A stretch of 64,000 nt of DNA from the human T2T-CHM13v2.0 reference genome, Homo sapiens, in the NCBI RefSeq assembly GCF_009914755.1, contig NC_060928.1, one strand, 5' to 3'. The notes under the pieces are model-generated. The model searched no databases. It saw only the letters and a program-made list of their open reading frames with translations, and was not told the origin of the DNA. Numbering within the stretch: position 1 is the stretch's first letter; the number at the start of each line of letters is the position of its first letter. Below are positions 1 through 13,394 of the stretch, one piece after another. The translations under genes and the position numbers were made by a program.

Positions 1-728
1 ATCAAAAGCAAGCAATGGGGGAATGGCTTCCTATTTAATAAATGTTGCTGTGAGAACTGGCTAGCCATATGCAGAAAATTGAAACTGGACCCCTTTCTTA
101 CATTATATACAAAAATTAACTCAAGATGGATTAAAGACTTAAACGTAAAATCAAAAACTATAAAAACCCAGATGAAAACCTAGGTAATACCATTCAGGAC
201 ATAGGCACAGGCAAAGATATCATGATGAAACCACCAAAAGCAACTGCAACAAAAGCAAAAATTGGCGAATGGGATCTAATTAAACTAAAGAGCTTATGTA
301 CAGCAAAAGAAACCCTCATCAGGGCAACTTACAGAGTGGGAGAAAATTTTTGCAATCTATCCATCGGACAAAGGTCTAATATCCAGAATCTAAAAGGAAC
401 TTAATTAAATTTACAGGAAAACAAAAAAACAACCCCATTAAACAGTGGGCAAAAGCCATGAACACACACTTTTCAAAAGAAGACATTTTTGTGGCCAACA
501 AGCATTTGAAAAAAAGCTCAACATCACTGATCATCAGAAAAATGGAAATCAAAACCACAATGAGATATCATCTCACGCCACTCAGAATGGTGATTATTAA
601 AAGGTCAAGAAACAACAGATGCTGGTGATGCTGTGGAAAAATAGGAGTGCTTTTACACTGTTGGTGGGAATGCAAATTAGTTTAACCATTGTGGAAGACA
701 GTGTGGTAATTCCTCAAAGACCTAGAAT
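1..728 (+). mobile_element. LINE-1 fragment, 3' part of ORF2 (L1PA/L1PB-age), degenerate; runs off the left edge
   Basis: Matches L1 ORF2 3' sequence (AAGCAATGGGG...CTAGCCATATGCAGAAAATTGAAACTGGACCCC; CAAAACCACAATGAGATATCATCTCAC). ORF 222-404 ([20 protein letters not shown]) is an ORF2p remnant. Confidence 0.93.
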
Positions 729-807
729 CATTAGTCCTTTGATTTTCTATAACACATCTAAAATGAACTGTACTCATTAAAGCATCTTCCCTTGATATTC
801 TATTTTT

Positions 808-2238
808 AAATTTCCTTTTAATTATTTTTAAATTGGCATAATAATTGTACATATTTATTGGGTATAGAGTGATAGTTTAATATATGTATACAACATGTAA
901 TAACCTAATCAAGGTAATTAGCATATCTTTCCCTTTAAACATTTTTTATTTCTTTGTATTATTAGCACTAAAATCTTCTCTTTTAGGTATTTTAAAATAT
1001 ACAATAAATTATTGTTAACTATAGTCAACCCACAGTTCTGAAGAACACTGGAACTTATTCCTCCTATTTAGCTGTAATTTTTGGTTTGTTAACTAAACTC
1101 TCCTTATCCACCCCTTCCCCTGACCGTTTCCAGCCTCTAATAACCACAATTCTGCTCTCTATTTCCATGAGCCCAACATTTTAAGCTCCTCTATATGAGT
1201 TAGAGCAAGTGGTATTTATCTTTCTGTGTCTGACCCATTTCACTTACTCCAATGTCCTCCAGGCTCAACCATGTTGTCACGAATGACAAGATTTCACTCC
1301 TGTTTGTGGCTAACTAGTATTCCAATATGCATATATGTCACATTTTCATTATCCATTTATCTGTTGGCAGACACTTTGGTTGACTATATCTTAGCCTTTG
1401 TCAATGGTGCTGTAATAAACATGGGAATGCAGATATCTCTTTGATATACTAATTTTTTTCTTTGAGTCAATACCTAGTAGAGGATTGATGAATCATATCA
1501 TATTCCTATACTAATTTTTAAAGGAGCTTCCATAATATTTTCCATAATGGCTGCACTAGCTTACATTTCCAATGGCTGAGTTTCTTTTCTGCCCATCTTT
1601 ACCAGCATTTCTTATTTTTGGTCTTTTTTATAATAGCCATTCTGTCTTGGGTGAGGTAATATCTCATGTGGTTTTGGTTTGCATTTTCCTGATGATAAGT
1701 TACATCGGGGATTCGTATGTTTTCTTTTAATAAATGACTATGCAGATCCTTTGCCCACTTTTTAATGGGATTTTTTGTTTGTTTGTTGTTTCTGTTAGAT
1801 GTTGCATTGAGTTCCTTGGATATTTTGGATATTAATTTGTTATTAGACAAACCCTTTGCAAGTGTTTTATCCTATTTTACATGTTATCTCCTTAATCATT
1901 TCATAGTTTCTGTGTAAAAGCTTTTTAGTTTGATATAATATCTTTTGTCTATTTTTGTCTGTTCATCTGAAGTCTTACTCATAAAATCTTCACACAGACC
2001 AATCTCCTGAAGAATTTTCTCTATGTTTTCTTCTACAGGTTGCATAGTTTTGAGCTTTACATGTAAGTGTTTAATTCATTTTGAGTTGATTTTTGAATAT
2101 TGTGGGATATAGGAGTCTAGTTTTATTCTTCGACATATATATGTCCAGTTTTCCTAGGACCATTTACTGAAGAGGCTGTTATTTCTCCAATGTATATTCT
2201 TGGCACCTTTGTGGAAAATCAGCTGCCTGAAAATACAA
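808..2238 (-). mobile_element. LINE-1 (L1MA-like) 3' UTR plus ORF2 3' end, antisense
   Basis: Degraded poly-T at ~808-830, then reverse L1MA 3' UTR (ATAATTGTACATATTTATTGGG...AAGGTAATTAGCATATC). The minus-strand ORF 1599-1850 contains NPIKKWAKDL of ORF2p. Confidence 0.9.
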
Positions 2239-3512
2239 ATATAAGGGAATCGCTGAAAGATTAATATTAGATTTCTCAGCAGAAACCTTACAGGCCAAAA
2301 AAGAACGGGATAATGTATTCATGTTCTGAAAGAAAAAGAAAAGAACCTGCTAGCCAAGAATTCTATACCCATCAAGGCTATCCATTAGAAATAAAAGATA
2401 AATAAAGCCTTTCTCAGGCATGCAAACTTGAGGAAATTCAAAATCCCTAGACTAACCCTACAAAAATTTTTAAGTGAGTTTTACATCTAGAAGAAAAAGG
2501 ATAATATATACTGTCATGAAAACATACAAAAATATAATACTCACTAATAAAGCTGTTACACAAATGAGAAAGAGAAAGGAATCGAATCTGATAACTATAG
2601 AAATCCATCAACCCACAAAAATAAATTAAAAGAGAGAAACAAAGGCTGTATGAAACAACCAGAAAACAATTAACAGAATGAAACATGTAACTCTTCAACT
2701 ATCAATAAAAATTTTGAATTCAAATGGTTTAAATTCCTCCAATTAAAAAATATAGACTGGCTGAATTAATAAAAATGAAATAAAATACAACAAGATGCAA
2801 CTGTATGCTGCCTATAAGAAATTCTCTTCCCAAAAAGACACTCATAGACTAAAAGTAAAGAGAGGAAAAAAGACATACCATGCAAATGGAAATCAAAAGC
2901 AAGCAGGAGTAACTATATTCATATCACATAAAATAGACTTTAAGTAAAAAAACACAAATGAAGACAAAAAGGTATTATATAATAATATAGGAATCAATTC
3001 AGCAAGAGTATATAACAATTTCAAATATATATGCACTCAATACCAAAGCACCCCGATATATAACGGAAATGTTATTAGAGCTAAAGGAAGGAATAGACTC
3101 CAATACAATAAGAGTTTAGGACTTCAACACCTCACATTCAGCATTGGGCAGATCATCTAGACAGATAATCAGCATAGAAACCTTGAACTTAACTGTACTA
3201 TAGACCATACAGACCTCACAGACATTTAGAAAACATTTCATCCAACAGCTGATGAATACACATTCTTCTCATCAGCACACGGAATATTCTCCAGGATAGA
3301 TCATATGTTAGGCCACAACAGAAGTTTCAACGCATTTTAAAAGATCAAAATTATATCAAGCATCTTCAGACCACAATGGAATAAAGCTAGAAATCAATAA
3401 TAAAAAATCTGAAAACTGTACAATACATATACAAATACATGAAAATTAAACAACATGCTCCTTAATGATGAATGGGTCAGTGAAGAAATTAATAGGAAAA
3501 TAAAAAATTCCT
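2239..3512 (+). mobile_element. LINE-1 fragment: ORF1 3' end, inter-ORF spacer and ORF2 endonuclease region
   Basis: GATTTCTCAGCAGAAACCTTACAGGCCA (ORF1). Endonuclease-region motifs AAATGGTTTAAATTCC...ATATAGACTGGCTGAAT, GGACTTCAACACCTCAC and TTCTCCAGGATAGATCATATGTTAGGCCAC. Confidence 0.9.
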
Positions 3513-4264
3513 TAATATTAGATTTTTAACACAAACATTAGGTGCTAATTGGCATCAGTTATGATAAAATGGTATCACTGCTTATATATTAGATGTGACA
3601 TTGATATATAACGTCAATATCTACAGTAAGTGATCAGTGAAAGTCTGATGCAAAGGGATACTAATAGATAATATGCAGGAGTTTTAAATCAAATGGCAGG
3701 CATATATAATTATCTGTTATCCATTGATGAATGTCAGTTTAATTGACATTAGTTCAATGTACAAAATAATACACAGTTAATAAGGAACATCTAATCAGAG
3801 TTCATAATATTCCTTCACATCTGCAAAGCCAAAGTGTGTTTATTTACTAAAGTATATCTTTCCTTTCCACCACCAACACACAGAACAAAGATAAAATTAT
3901 ATCAAGAGAATTCTCATTTTGTTATTCTTCCAGACTATAAAGGTGAAATGAAATACAAAACAAAGTAATTTTAAAGGAAGATAACAAGGTTCTGAAATCT
4001 ATTAGGAATACTATAAGGGAAAACATATCAACAAATGAATTCACAAGTAATTATCTACTACTTTAATGAATACATATACTACATTAATTTCTTTCTAAGT
4101 ATGAGAATAGTTATTTGAACAAAGTTTTATAATTAGATAACAAATATAGGCACCCCTCAGTGAAAACATTATTAACAAATAGTTTCATTCTAATACAATA
4201 GCAAACACTTAAAATCTAAGATATATTTAATTATAGCCTACTTAGCATTTTAAAATTTAAAATG

Positions 4265-4806
4265 TGTGATGGTTAATTTTATGTGTCTAACTGACTGGGT
4301 CACATGGTGCCAAAATATTTATTTAAATATCAGTCTGGGTAGTGTTTCTGTAAGGAAGTATTTGAATGAAATTGACATATAAATCGGTAGACCAAGTAAA
4401 GCAGATTACTCTCCCTAATTGGGGTGGACCTCAAGCAAACACTAAATCCTCAGTAGAACAAAAAAGTCTGATCTTCCCCTGAGTGAGAGAATTTCTCCTG
4501 CCTGACTGCCTTTCAACTAGGAAATTGACTATTGCCTTTGACCTTGAACTGAGGCACTGACTCTTCTTGGGTCTCAAGCAAGCCAGCCTTCAGAATAATC
4601 CTACACTATCAGCAAGCCTGGGTGTCCAGTTTGGTGATTCATCTTATTGCACTTGGGATGATTGGCCTCTAATCTGCATGAGCCAATAATTATAATAAAT
4701 ATTTTTATATATCTACATATGTATATAGACACATATAAACATACATATTAACATCCCATTATCTTATTATATCTGTTTCACTGTAGAACTATATGTTTTT
4801 AATACT
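4265..4806 (+). mobile_element. MLT2-family (ERVL) solo LTR
   Basis: Starts TGTGATGGTTAATTTTATGTGTC, contains AGTAAAGCAGATTACTCTCCCTAAT and the internal TA-rich tract typical of MLT2, and ends ~CTGTTTCACTGTAGAAC...TAATAC. Confidence 0.85.
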
Positions 4807-6194
4807 ATCATGTGTATGTGTGTGTGTGTATGTATATTTTTATGGGTATGAACTCAATATAATACTATTTTGATTTAAAAAATAACTGCTTTTAAATTGA
4901 CTAGTTTAGGAAACATCTGTTTCTTATTGATATGTGTCTTACAATAAATTATCTGATTGATAAATTGAAAACACCACAGTAAAGTTTTTTAAATAAAGTC
5001 AAACACATATCAATAAGAAACAGATATCATAAAATATCACATATTTTGTGATATACCTTTAATCTTTGCAAAAAACAGGAAAACTTTACATCAAGAAATG
5101 TCTCAAGAAGCAGAAAATTGTAGGCTCTAAGCAGCTATATTTTGAAAATATGCTCCTGACTAAAAAGAACATAATGTTTAACTATAACAGCAAGTATAAA
5201 AAATATCTATTGTACAGTGATTATAGTTCATTTCAGTGAGCTAATTTTTGTCAGGGTAATATTTAATTGGTAGGGAAATTAATAGTTCTAAATCAGAATA
5301 TCTACTTATTCTGGTATAATTGCATATGAAATTGAATATTCTTACAGTACTCTTCCTTTTCAGAAATGAGGTAGCATTGATAAGAAAATGCTTGTATTGT
5401 TCACAGGTGATTCCCACAGCAATACAGATGCTGTCGTTAACATCCTCAGGCCAATACATTTTAAAAGTAAATTAAATATGGTGCATTTTATACTTTTCAG
5501 CTTGGCAATAGGAAGTAATACATGTAAAAACTGAAATTTTTTCCTTGTATTTTCACATCTCTCAGTTGTTCCACTGTTCATAAAAACTCTTATTCTACTA
5601 TAAAAAGAAATTAAATTAGTTCAGCACAATTAGCCCTTCGCAAAGTCAGCTGGGTTATATATAGCTACTTTCCAATTTTAGGTTATTTTGAATTATGCTT
5701 TTAGTGACCTAGTAATTCCCAGGACAGAAGTATTTTGCTCACCACTTAGTAACTTATAGATTTATCATTTCCCCTTTTCTGAAAGAAAGTCTTAAAATTT
5801 TTACTGTTAGCTACATTTATTATTTTTGTATAATCATGGATATGCATTTTTCTTTGAATATTTATTATTGTTTAAATTACCACATTCTTAGTAATGTTTG
5901 CCAGGTTTTTATTTTTTTTAATTTGAGTCTTTTGTTTCTTCCTAAATTTTTTGGTTTTAAACTTATAACTTTGATCAAAGGATTTTTTCACTGAAGATTA
6001 TGTTTCAAAATGGGATACCAGTGGTACTACGTATCAAGGATTTAATCATCTTGAATTGACATTAATACATCATTATCAAACTTATTAACATATTAAATTT
6101 CAATAATATAACAGACTTAATTGTTCCACCTACTGTGCACTGTGGAATTGTTCCATCATCATATGAACTTTGTGTAAGCAAGTCTCAGATCTTT

Positions 6195-6322
6195 CTTTTT
6201 CTATTACTTCAATTTACAAATAAAAATCATATATATTTAGGGTACACAATATGATGTTTTGATATATGTATACATTGTGGGATGGTTGAATCAAGCTAAT
6301 TAACATACGCATTACCTCACAT
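6195..6322 (-). mobile_element. L1MA 3' UTR terminal fragment
   Basis: GGGTACACAATATGATGTTTTGATATATGTATACATTGTG...TCAAGCTAATTAACATACGCATTACCTCAC. Confidence 0.75.
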
Positions 6323-6323
6323 A

Positions 6324-6582
6324 CAGACGCTCCTTACCTTACGATGAGGTTATATACTGATAAATATATGCTGAAAATATCACAATTGAAAATGTATTTA
6401 ATACCGAACACTTAGCCTACTAAACATCATACCTTAGCCTAGCCCACCTTAGATGTGCTAAGAACACTTTCATTAGCCTACAACTGGCCCAAATCACCTA
6501 ACACAAAGCCCATTTTATAATAAAGTGTCGAATAGCTCATGTCATTTATTGAATACTGTTTTTTACTGAAAGTAAAAAACAT
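6324..6582 (+). mobile_element. MER47A-like TcMar-Tigger non-autonomous DNA transposon, 3'-truncated
   Basis: TA followed by the terminal inverted repeat (TIR) CAGACGCTCCTTACCTTACGATG; internal CATCATACCTTAGCCTAGCCCACCTTAGATGTGCTAAGAACACT as in the MER47 consensus. Confidence 0.8.
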
Positions 6583-6769
6583 AACTTATAACCACAACCC
6601 CAAGCCCACAAGGGTAGTTTTAAATATGCAGTATCTGTGCCATAGGAAAACCCAGGGGAAGTTATTAATATACAATTTGGCCAACTGGACATACTGCTGA
6701 AGCCCCATGAAGACTCGAAGCCAAAGCTTTCCCTAGGATGTGTCCCATCAATGGCATCTCTCAACCTCC

Positions 6770-7630
6770 TGATTTCTCAACCCCTTGTCCATTCTGTTGA
6801 TTGGATAGACAGAGGGTAAAATTCACATTTCCCAAACTTCCTTTTCCTCAAGGGTTTGGATGTGAGTTGGGTTTCTCCAATTAGATGAATTTGCATAAGA
6901 TTTGGAGTCACTGAGACAGAGGCCATCTTCCTGATGCTACAGCTGTCAGAAAACAATGTAGTAACAATGAGTGTTAGAGATAATTGTGGCTTGAATTAGC
7001 ATTCCAGTGTCCAGGTGTCAGCTCCATGAGGATCTGAGGCAGATGTAGAGACAGATGCTACATTCCTGTGTTTGGTCATCAATGTTCATGAGTATGAGAG
7101 TCAGCTGTGATGGAGCACCAACAGCTTCCTGATGTTAAGTGGAGGATCTGAGGATTTACACTACTTGCACACTAGAAAATTAGTCTGCACAGTTTCATGG
7201 ATACTGATAGAGGACATCAGTCTCCTGAATCATAGGCAAATGACTCTATTACTAATAGTAGAGCAGAAAGCTTAATTTTTTCCTTTGAGATAATGTCCCA
7301 TCATCACACCAAGGCAGTGAAGAGACACCCATATAGATGCTGCACACTTTCCTTAGGGACAGCCACAAGTGGTGATCGGTTAAAAACTGAGTTACAAAGG
7401 CTGTCACAACTGTGTCAGTTGAGTCATTCTGGAAAGATCATCCCAGCTTCAGAAGTCCCTGTGTGGGTGGCTGGAATCTCTGTTGCAACTGCATTGTAAC
7501 TTAATTCCTTCCTCTGCACACTCCTGCTTCTCTCATTATATAAAAGTGATTTCCTCAGAGTATTCCCAATAAGACATCTGAATCCAAATCTCTTTCTTAG
7601 TTTCTGTTTCTGGGAAACCAATTTAAGGCA
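6770..7630. mobile_element. Old ERVL-class LTR fragments (LTR33/LTR16-like)
   Basis: CACATTTCCCAAACTTCC...GGATGTGAGTTGGGTTTCTCCAATTAGATG, and an LTR16-like 3' end CCCAATAAGAC...TCTGTTTCTGGGAAACCAATTTAAGGCA. Confidence 0.55.
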
Positions 7631-7815
7631 TATACTATAGATGGGAGAAAATAGAAACGATTCTTGGAATCTCAAGCACAAATACTTGAATACTGGTATC
7701 CAATGCTTACAAAATCTTTGAGGTGGCTAAAGGAGTAAAAGTCTGAGGCCACAACTGAACTACCAGTTCAGAACCATCATATCGCTATAGCTATGGCTAA
7801 AATTTCAGAGTCTGT

Positions 7816-8200
7816 TGTTGGGACACAATTCTCCAAGTGTCTCTGATGTTTCTGCACATTTTTGTGAGCTAAGCATTAATTGCCTTCTTTTTCCCAAACT
7901 GTCTTGTCAAGAATCTTTGTATAACGCACAGTTGTGGAAGATAAAGATACTATTTACATCTGGGGTAGAGTGCAGGTCTGTTTGATTTTCAGTATTAAAA
8001 ATATAATGTGCATTACATTTATTTAGGTAAAGCTTCAATGGGTTTGCTGCAGCTTATTTCAAAATTTGATTTGGGATTTCTCAGCTCTGGGTAATTCAGC
8101 TGTGAGACAAACCCACAATTATTCGATGAAATATGATTACATAGATTACCATCTGAGGTTATTTGGGATAATGTGCCAGTGAAGGCAAGACTTCTGTGGA
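7816..8200 (+). mobile_element. MER76-like LTR fragment
   Basis: TGTTGGGACACAATTCTCCAAGTGTCTCTGATGTTTCTGCACAT; same family as the element at ~35010. Confidence 0.6.
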
Positions 8201-8229
8201 TAAAGTGGATGCTGGGATCCAACATTGTG

Positions 8230-10600
8230 ATGAGAAAGAATACAAATATGAGGGTGGGGCAATGGCTGCTTCAATCGGCACTGTAATACAGAAAATTATA
8301 AGCTAAGGGCTTCATATGCTCAGATGAGAGGCCCAAACAGGTTCTATAACGGCCCTAAAATTATGTCTTATATTCTCAGACACGGGGCTGATGTATCAAA
8401 AAAATCGCTTGTACAATTGAACCATATAGGTTGCTGAAACTGAACATAAATTAAATTTATAACTTTGGTATTTCTCTTACATATGGGTTAGTGTACCACT
8501 TAGGGAAACATGAGTTTCTGAAAATTAGAATGGATCTAACTGGATACCTTGAAATATAGCATACAGAACCTCCACTGCCAGTAGAATCAGCTGCATATAC
8601 TTGTCTTTTAATGCATTTTTTGTTGTTAAAAACTGGATACCTGTCACTAGGTAATTTATAACAAAATATATTTGTTGGCTTATGGTTCTGAAGGCTAAGA
8701 AGTCCAATATCAAGGGGCTGGCAGCTTTCAAGGGCCTTCTTGCTGTGGTCTTCCCTGGCAGAAAAGCACGAGAGGGCAAGAGAGTGAGGGAGAGATAAAG
8801 AAAGAGGGAGCCCAACTGGTCCTGTTATAATGAGCCCACTCCTACTCCCATGATGTTGGCATTAATCCATTCATGAGGGTGGTGTGCCCATTACCCAAAC
8901 ACCTCCTCAGAAAACTGCATTGTGTGTCAAGTTTCCAACACATAAACTTTGGGGACCACATGCAAACCATAGTAATATGTCTAATCAAACTATTTCTGTC
9001 TTGCTTAAAGACACTGTAATAACCTCACTTAATGTAGCTATCTTACAATCATATGCTGATATTTGTTCTGCCCCATTCTTACTCCTCAGTGTCAGATCCA
9101 GCATAGCCTGTGGGGAAAATACAAATCCTGACTAAGGAGGAGGTAGCTAACACACCAAAATACTTGTAAGATTTTGATAATTTGTACCCCTCACTAAAAC
9201 CCAGAAGAACATATGTGGTGATAATTAAAAAAATAACTAGAGAGGAAGAAAAATAACTTTAGATTAGACCATAGTTATCAATATAGGTGTAATTATGAGC
9301 ATTCTGGATTTATAAGGCTAGTTTCAGAATATAACAATGGATTCTTTTGCTTGATTTATTAACCAAAATAAAACTCAACAGTGTCCTAAATTAATTAATA
9401 CTGAGAGTTCTAAAGTTTCTTAATATATTGCAATATATTAAACAAAGCACTCAAGTTGATAGTCAAGTTAGAATAGATTCACCTTTAGCTACATACTCAA
9501 ATTCTTTAATAATGTCCCTTGAAATACTAGACTGTAATATCTTTATAAAGGCATTGGTGAGTTGATCACCAGCAACCATGAAAACTATGGTAGTTATGTT
9601 AACAGCATAAACTAACTCTAAATGTTTGATTTAGCATCTGTACATAGATGGACCAGCCAATTCCTAGGGCAGGTTGATTACATGGGTCACATTCCATTAC
9701 ACAGAAGGTAGAAGTTTTCCACACTGGAATAGACAGTAATCTGGATGCGGATATACCTTTCCTGTTGGCAACATTTCTGAAGATCTCTCCTTTATGGGAT
9801 TATCAAGTGCCGCATGTACTGCTATATATACCATAAAATATTGCTCCTGGAACAAATAAATCATTTTTAGATAAGATAAGTGGTTTATATGACAATGAAA
9901 TTCACTGGTCTTACCATGAATCCCAACACCTAGAAGCGGCTGACTTTACAAATAAGTGTAATGGTTTAATTTATTTAGTTTTCAGTTATGTTGCCATTTG
10001 GAAGGAAATAATTGCTTGTAAGTTCATGGTACAAGATGAGATAGATATTATAAATTGGTAACCAATACATGATGCCGTTCTCCCATCTCCCAGAGTGCCA
10101 GGAAACAGAGAGAAGTGGTAGAAGTGGTGGAAGTATTTCTCATTACTACATTAATAAACTATTCTCAAATTTTGCTCACTTTTCCTTCAGCTTCAAGTTT
10201 TGTTACTTTAGTATCCAAAGGAGGAATGCTCCCACTTAAGGATCAAAGAACCTTTTCATTGACCTGGATGTTTAAATAGCCATTTGACAATTTTACACCT
10301 TTAAGCAATTGAAAGAAGTAAATAAGGAAACTGACTATGAGTGTCAAGGGAACCAAGTCACAGGCACAAAACATCTGTCTGAAACTCAAGAGATTCTCTG
10401 GACTAACTCATGATATTTTTACATGTGTTAGTAAATATTGATGGAAGATTAGAGAAACTTAATATAAGCAAAATCACTAAACTCTCAGGACAAATTTCAG
10501 GAGAGAAACTTGGGCATGCTCTACTGCAGAAAACATCAGTAACAACAAGAAAACTGCAATGGTTGAGGTATTGTCTAACACATAATGGTTAGTGGAGGAA
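8230..10600 (+). pseudogene. Degenerate ERVL-type internal region (gag remnant joined to integrase remnant)
   Basis: gag-like stretches at ~8330-8540 and ~9130-9400 (GGAGGAGGTAGCTAACACACCAAAATACTTG). Integrase remnants GGCAGGTTGATTACATGGG (WQVDYIG-like, ~9668) and ATTCACTGGTCTTACCATGAATCCCAACACCTAGAAGCGGCTG (IHWSYH..HxEAA, ~9900). Multiple stops and frameshifts. Confidence 0.75.
8602..8974 (-). mobile_element. MST-family (MSTC/D-like) MaLR solo LTR nested in the ERVL remnant
   Basis: GGTTCTGAAGGCTAAGAAGTCCAATATCAAGG...AAGTTTCCAACACATAAACTTTGGGGACCACATGCAAACCATAG. Confidence 0.85.
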
Positions 10601-13359
10601 GGGCGTTTTACGATCCAGATGAAAGTTATAAATTATGGAGAACACTTGGATTTCCACTTTTCTCTACTCTATACCTGTTGCAAATATCGACTATTTGAAA
10701 AATATTAATCTACTTTTCTCCTATGGGTTTACATAACAAGTGTAGGTGGTGGTTAGCTTTCTAATTTAGTTTTCAGGTTAGAGCATATCAGGTAGAATTT
10801 ATATAACAAAATTAGTGCAATGAATATCCTCTCAAGACGCATCCCATAAGTAATACAGCTCAGCATGTCTACATGTCTATTTCTGGGCATATCATTATGG
10901 AAACATGACTTCTGGAGATAGAGTAGAGAAGGGAAGAGGAAAGTATGGAAGGTTTTAGCTGTATCTCTTTCTTTTTCATGTTTCACAAAAAGAAAGACAT
11001 GGGAAAATGTTAATATCTATAAAATGGTTATGAGCATGTGGGTTTCTATTATAGACTTTTCTGTATGTCTTATGTGTTAAAAGTTTTAAAAACTCAATAA
11101 CAAATATATAAGGATGGATTTTTATATACTGCCCTTAAACTCGCATATGTAAATATTTGATTATGGTAAAAATCCCTTGAATTTGTTAAAATATGATACA
11201 ATTCTTCAGGGTAGGATCAGAGCAACTTCAAAGTACTTTAGTTTGCAAAGTGAAAAAAGTCTTATAATGAGAATAGGAGAAGGATTTAGGAAGGCTCAAT
11301 TCACTCAAGAAAAATGAAATAGAAGAAAAAAACTACATAATCAGAATATTCAATCACATCAAACTGGAAAGAGCTTTTGGGATAATAAAGTAGAATTTGG
11401 ATTCAAGGTAATGCTAGAATGTGGGATGAGGAGCAAGAAACTATTGTTTCTTGTATATATATATAAGAAATATAGTATACACTTCAGGAAAACAATAATG
11501 AAGGGATTATAGCAAGCCAAAGCTAATGTTAGTTGGCAGAAAAGGCAATTGTGTACTTGCCTGAAGGTACTACAAATTTTTCCAAAATAATATGATACCA
11601 ACTTCAATCAGGAAAAGTGTATCCACCTCCCCAGAATGATATTTTTTGTGCTACTTCACATGAGCCTTTAACTATTCTGCCTGGTCTATCACATACTGAG
11701 CAACGTCTCTTGAAACAACATAGTACTGAGATTATTGTATGTTTGATGGATGTCTAGTGCCTCTTTCAATATAATTTATTTCAATCAGCTTTGGAAATAA
11801 TTTCACCTATATTTTTACAACTTTTACTTTTCTATGACAAATTGTGTAAGGATTTATTCTGGCTTAATGTATTTAATGTGTCTCCTAACACTGATATGAA
11901 TAATTAAGCCTCATGCTGAAGGGCATAAGCTGATTGCTAGAGGGTTTTAAGGAGTGTTCCTTCTGTGCACAAAACTGTGTAATGACAAATTAAAACCCAC
12001 AAAGAGAAAGAAAGAATGAATCTGATGTCCATTACTCAGTAGGTACTTACATAAAAACTTCTCTGGAAATTTCTAAGTGAGAGAGTAGTCCTAGAAATAC
12101 TTGTAAAGTTTTATAAACTGTGCCATTTATACATATACCATAGATTGGTATTTTCCTTAAAGTTAGTTATAAAGCAATCCATTTTTAAAGTTTCACTATT
12201 TCCTTGTATGACGTATTTCTAATTTCATTATCTTGTCTCTAAAATGTTGCTTTTCAGTTTGAGTATCAATATTTTGAAACTGAATCTGGATAAAAGCCCC
12301 CATACCCTCAAATTTGCTCATGTGTTCTTTTTCTTATTGAGGTTATTGATGTGAGTTTGAGAAACAAACTATGCAGTAGATTAAATACAGGTGCTTCTAA
12401 AGCACAATTTCATAACAGACAAATCCTAAATAAATGGACTAAAAGGATTCTAGTGTATTTAAATTGTTGAAGTTTAAAATTATTGCTGTGAACTAAGCAT
12501 TAATAAGCTGCGTTGGTTTAAAAAGTATTATTCTATGCAAATTATTCTCTAAGGATTTATTTTTTCCAAAAATAATAATTGCAATTTCCAAGTGTGAAAT
12601 AGACCATTCAGTTAACTAAGCAGAAAAGTTTATTTTAGGGCATATTTTTATCCACGCCCTCTAAATAAACTCTACTTTAGGAAGTATTCTAATTATTTAA
12701 TGATGAATATTTAATCACTCTTCATGTAATACCAATCTCTCGAATACTAGCAATATGGGGATTTATACAAAATCAGAGTTTTCCAGAGTCAGTAGCACCA
12801 AAATGCTCTTAACAAGCAGTCCTCATTAGAATTGATCAGAACTGACACAATATAATGGATCACAGTGAAACTAGGAGTTCAAGGGGCACTAGGGGAGGGC
12901 CCTTTGCTAATGAAGCAGATCAAAGACAAAAATTTGGTCAGAATGATTTAATTCTCATTTATTTCTGGCCTGGCACTTCGTTACTCAAAGGCCAGTTTGC
13001 AAAGTGATTCTGTTAGTGAGCAAAGCCCTGATAAATTAAACAATATATATATAAAATAATAATCACAGTCAAACTTTTGTCTTCACCCTCCAAAGGCCAA
13101 ATAGACATAGGTAAGAAAGAAAGAGCTCATGCTTTTGCCATGGGAATCAAGCCATAGAAAAATGGTTAGTGTATTCCTTTATTTCTAAAGATGGCATTGC
13201 AAAAAGTATTCCAGTTACTATTTAACAACACCTTAGAGTTAATAAAATAATTTGGCAAACAAGAGCTCATCTATAATATGACACCCTGTCCATAGATATT
13301 GTAAAACAAAGAATATATATAATATGAAAATAGAACCAGAAAGAAAATTAGAAAACTGC

Positions 13360-13360
<1 letters not shown>

Positions 13361-13394
<34 letters not shown>
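13361..13394. repeat. Compound microsatellite (CT)n(CA)n
   Basis: Read directly from the sequence. Confidence 0.95.
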
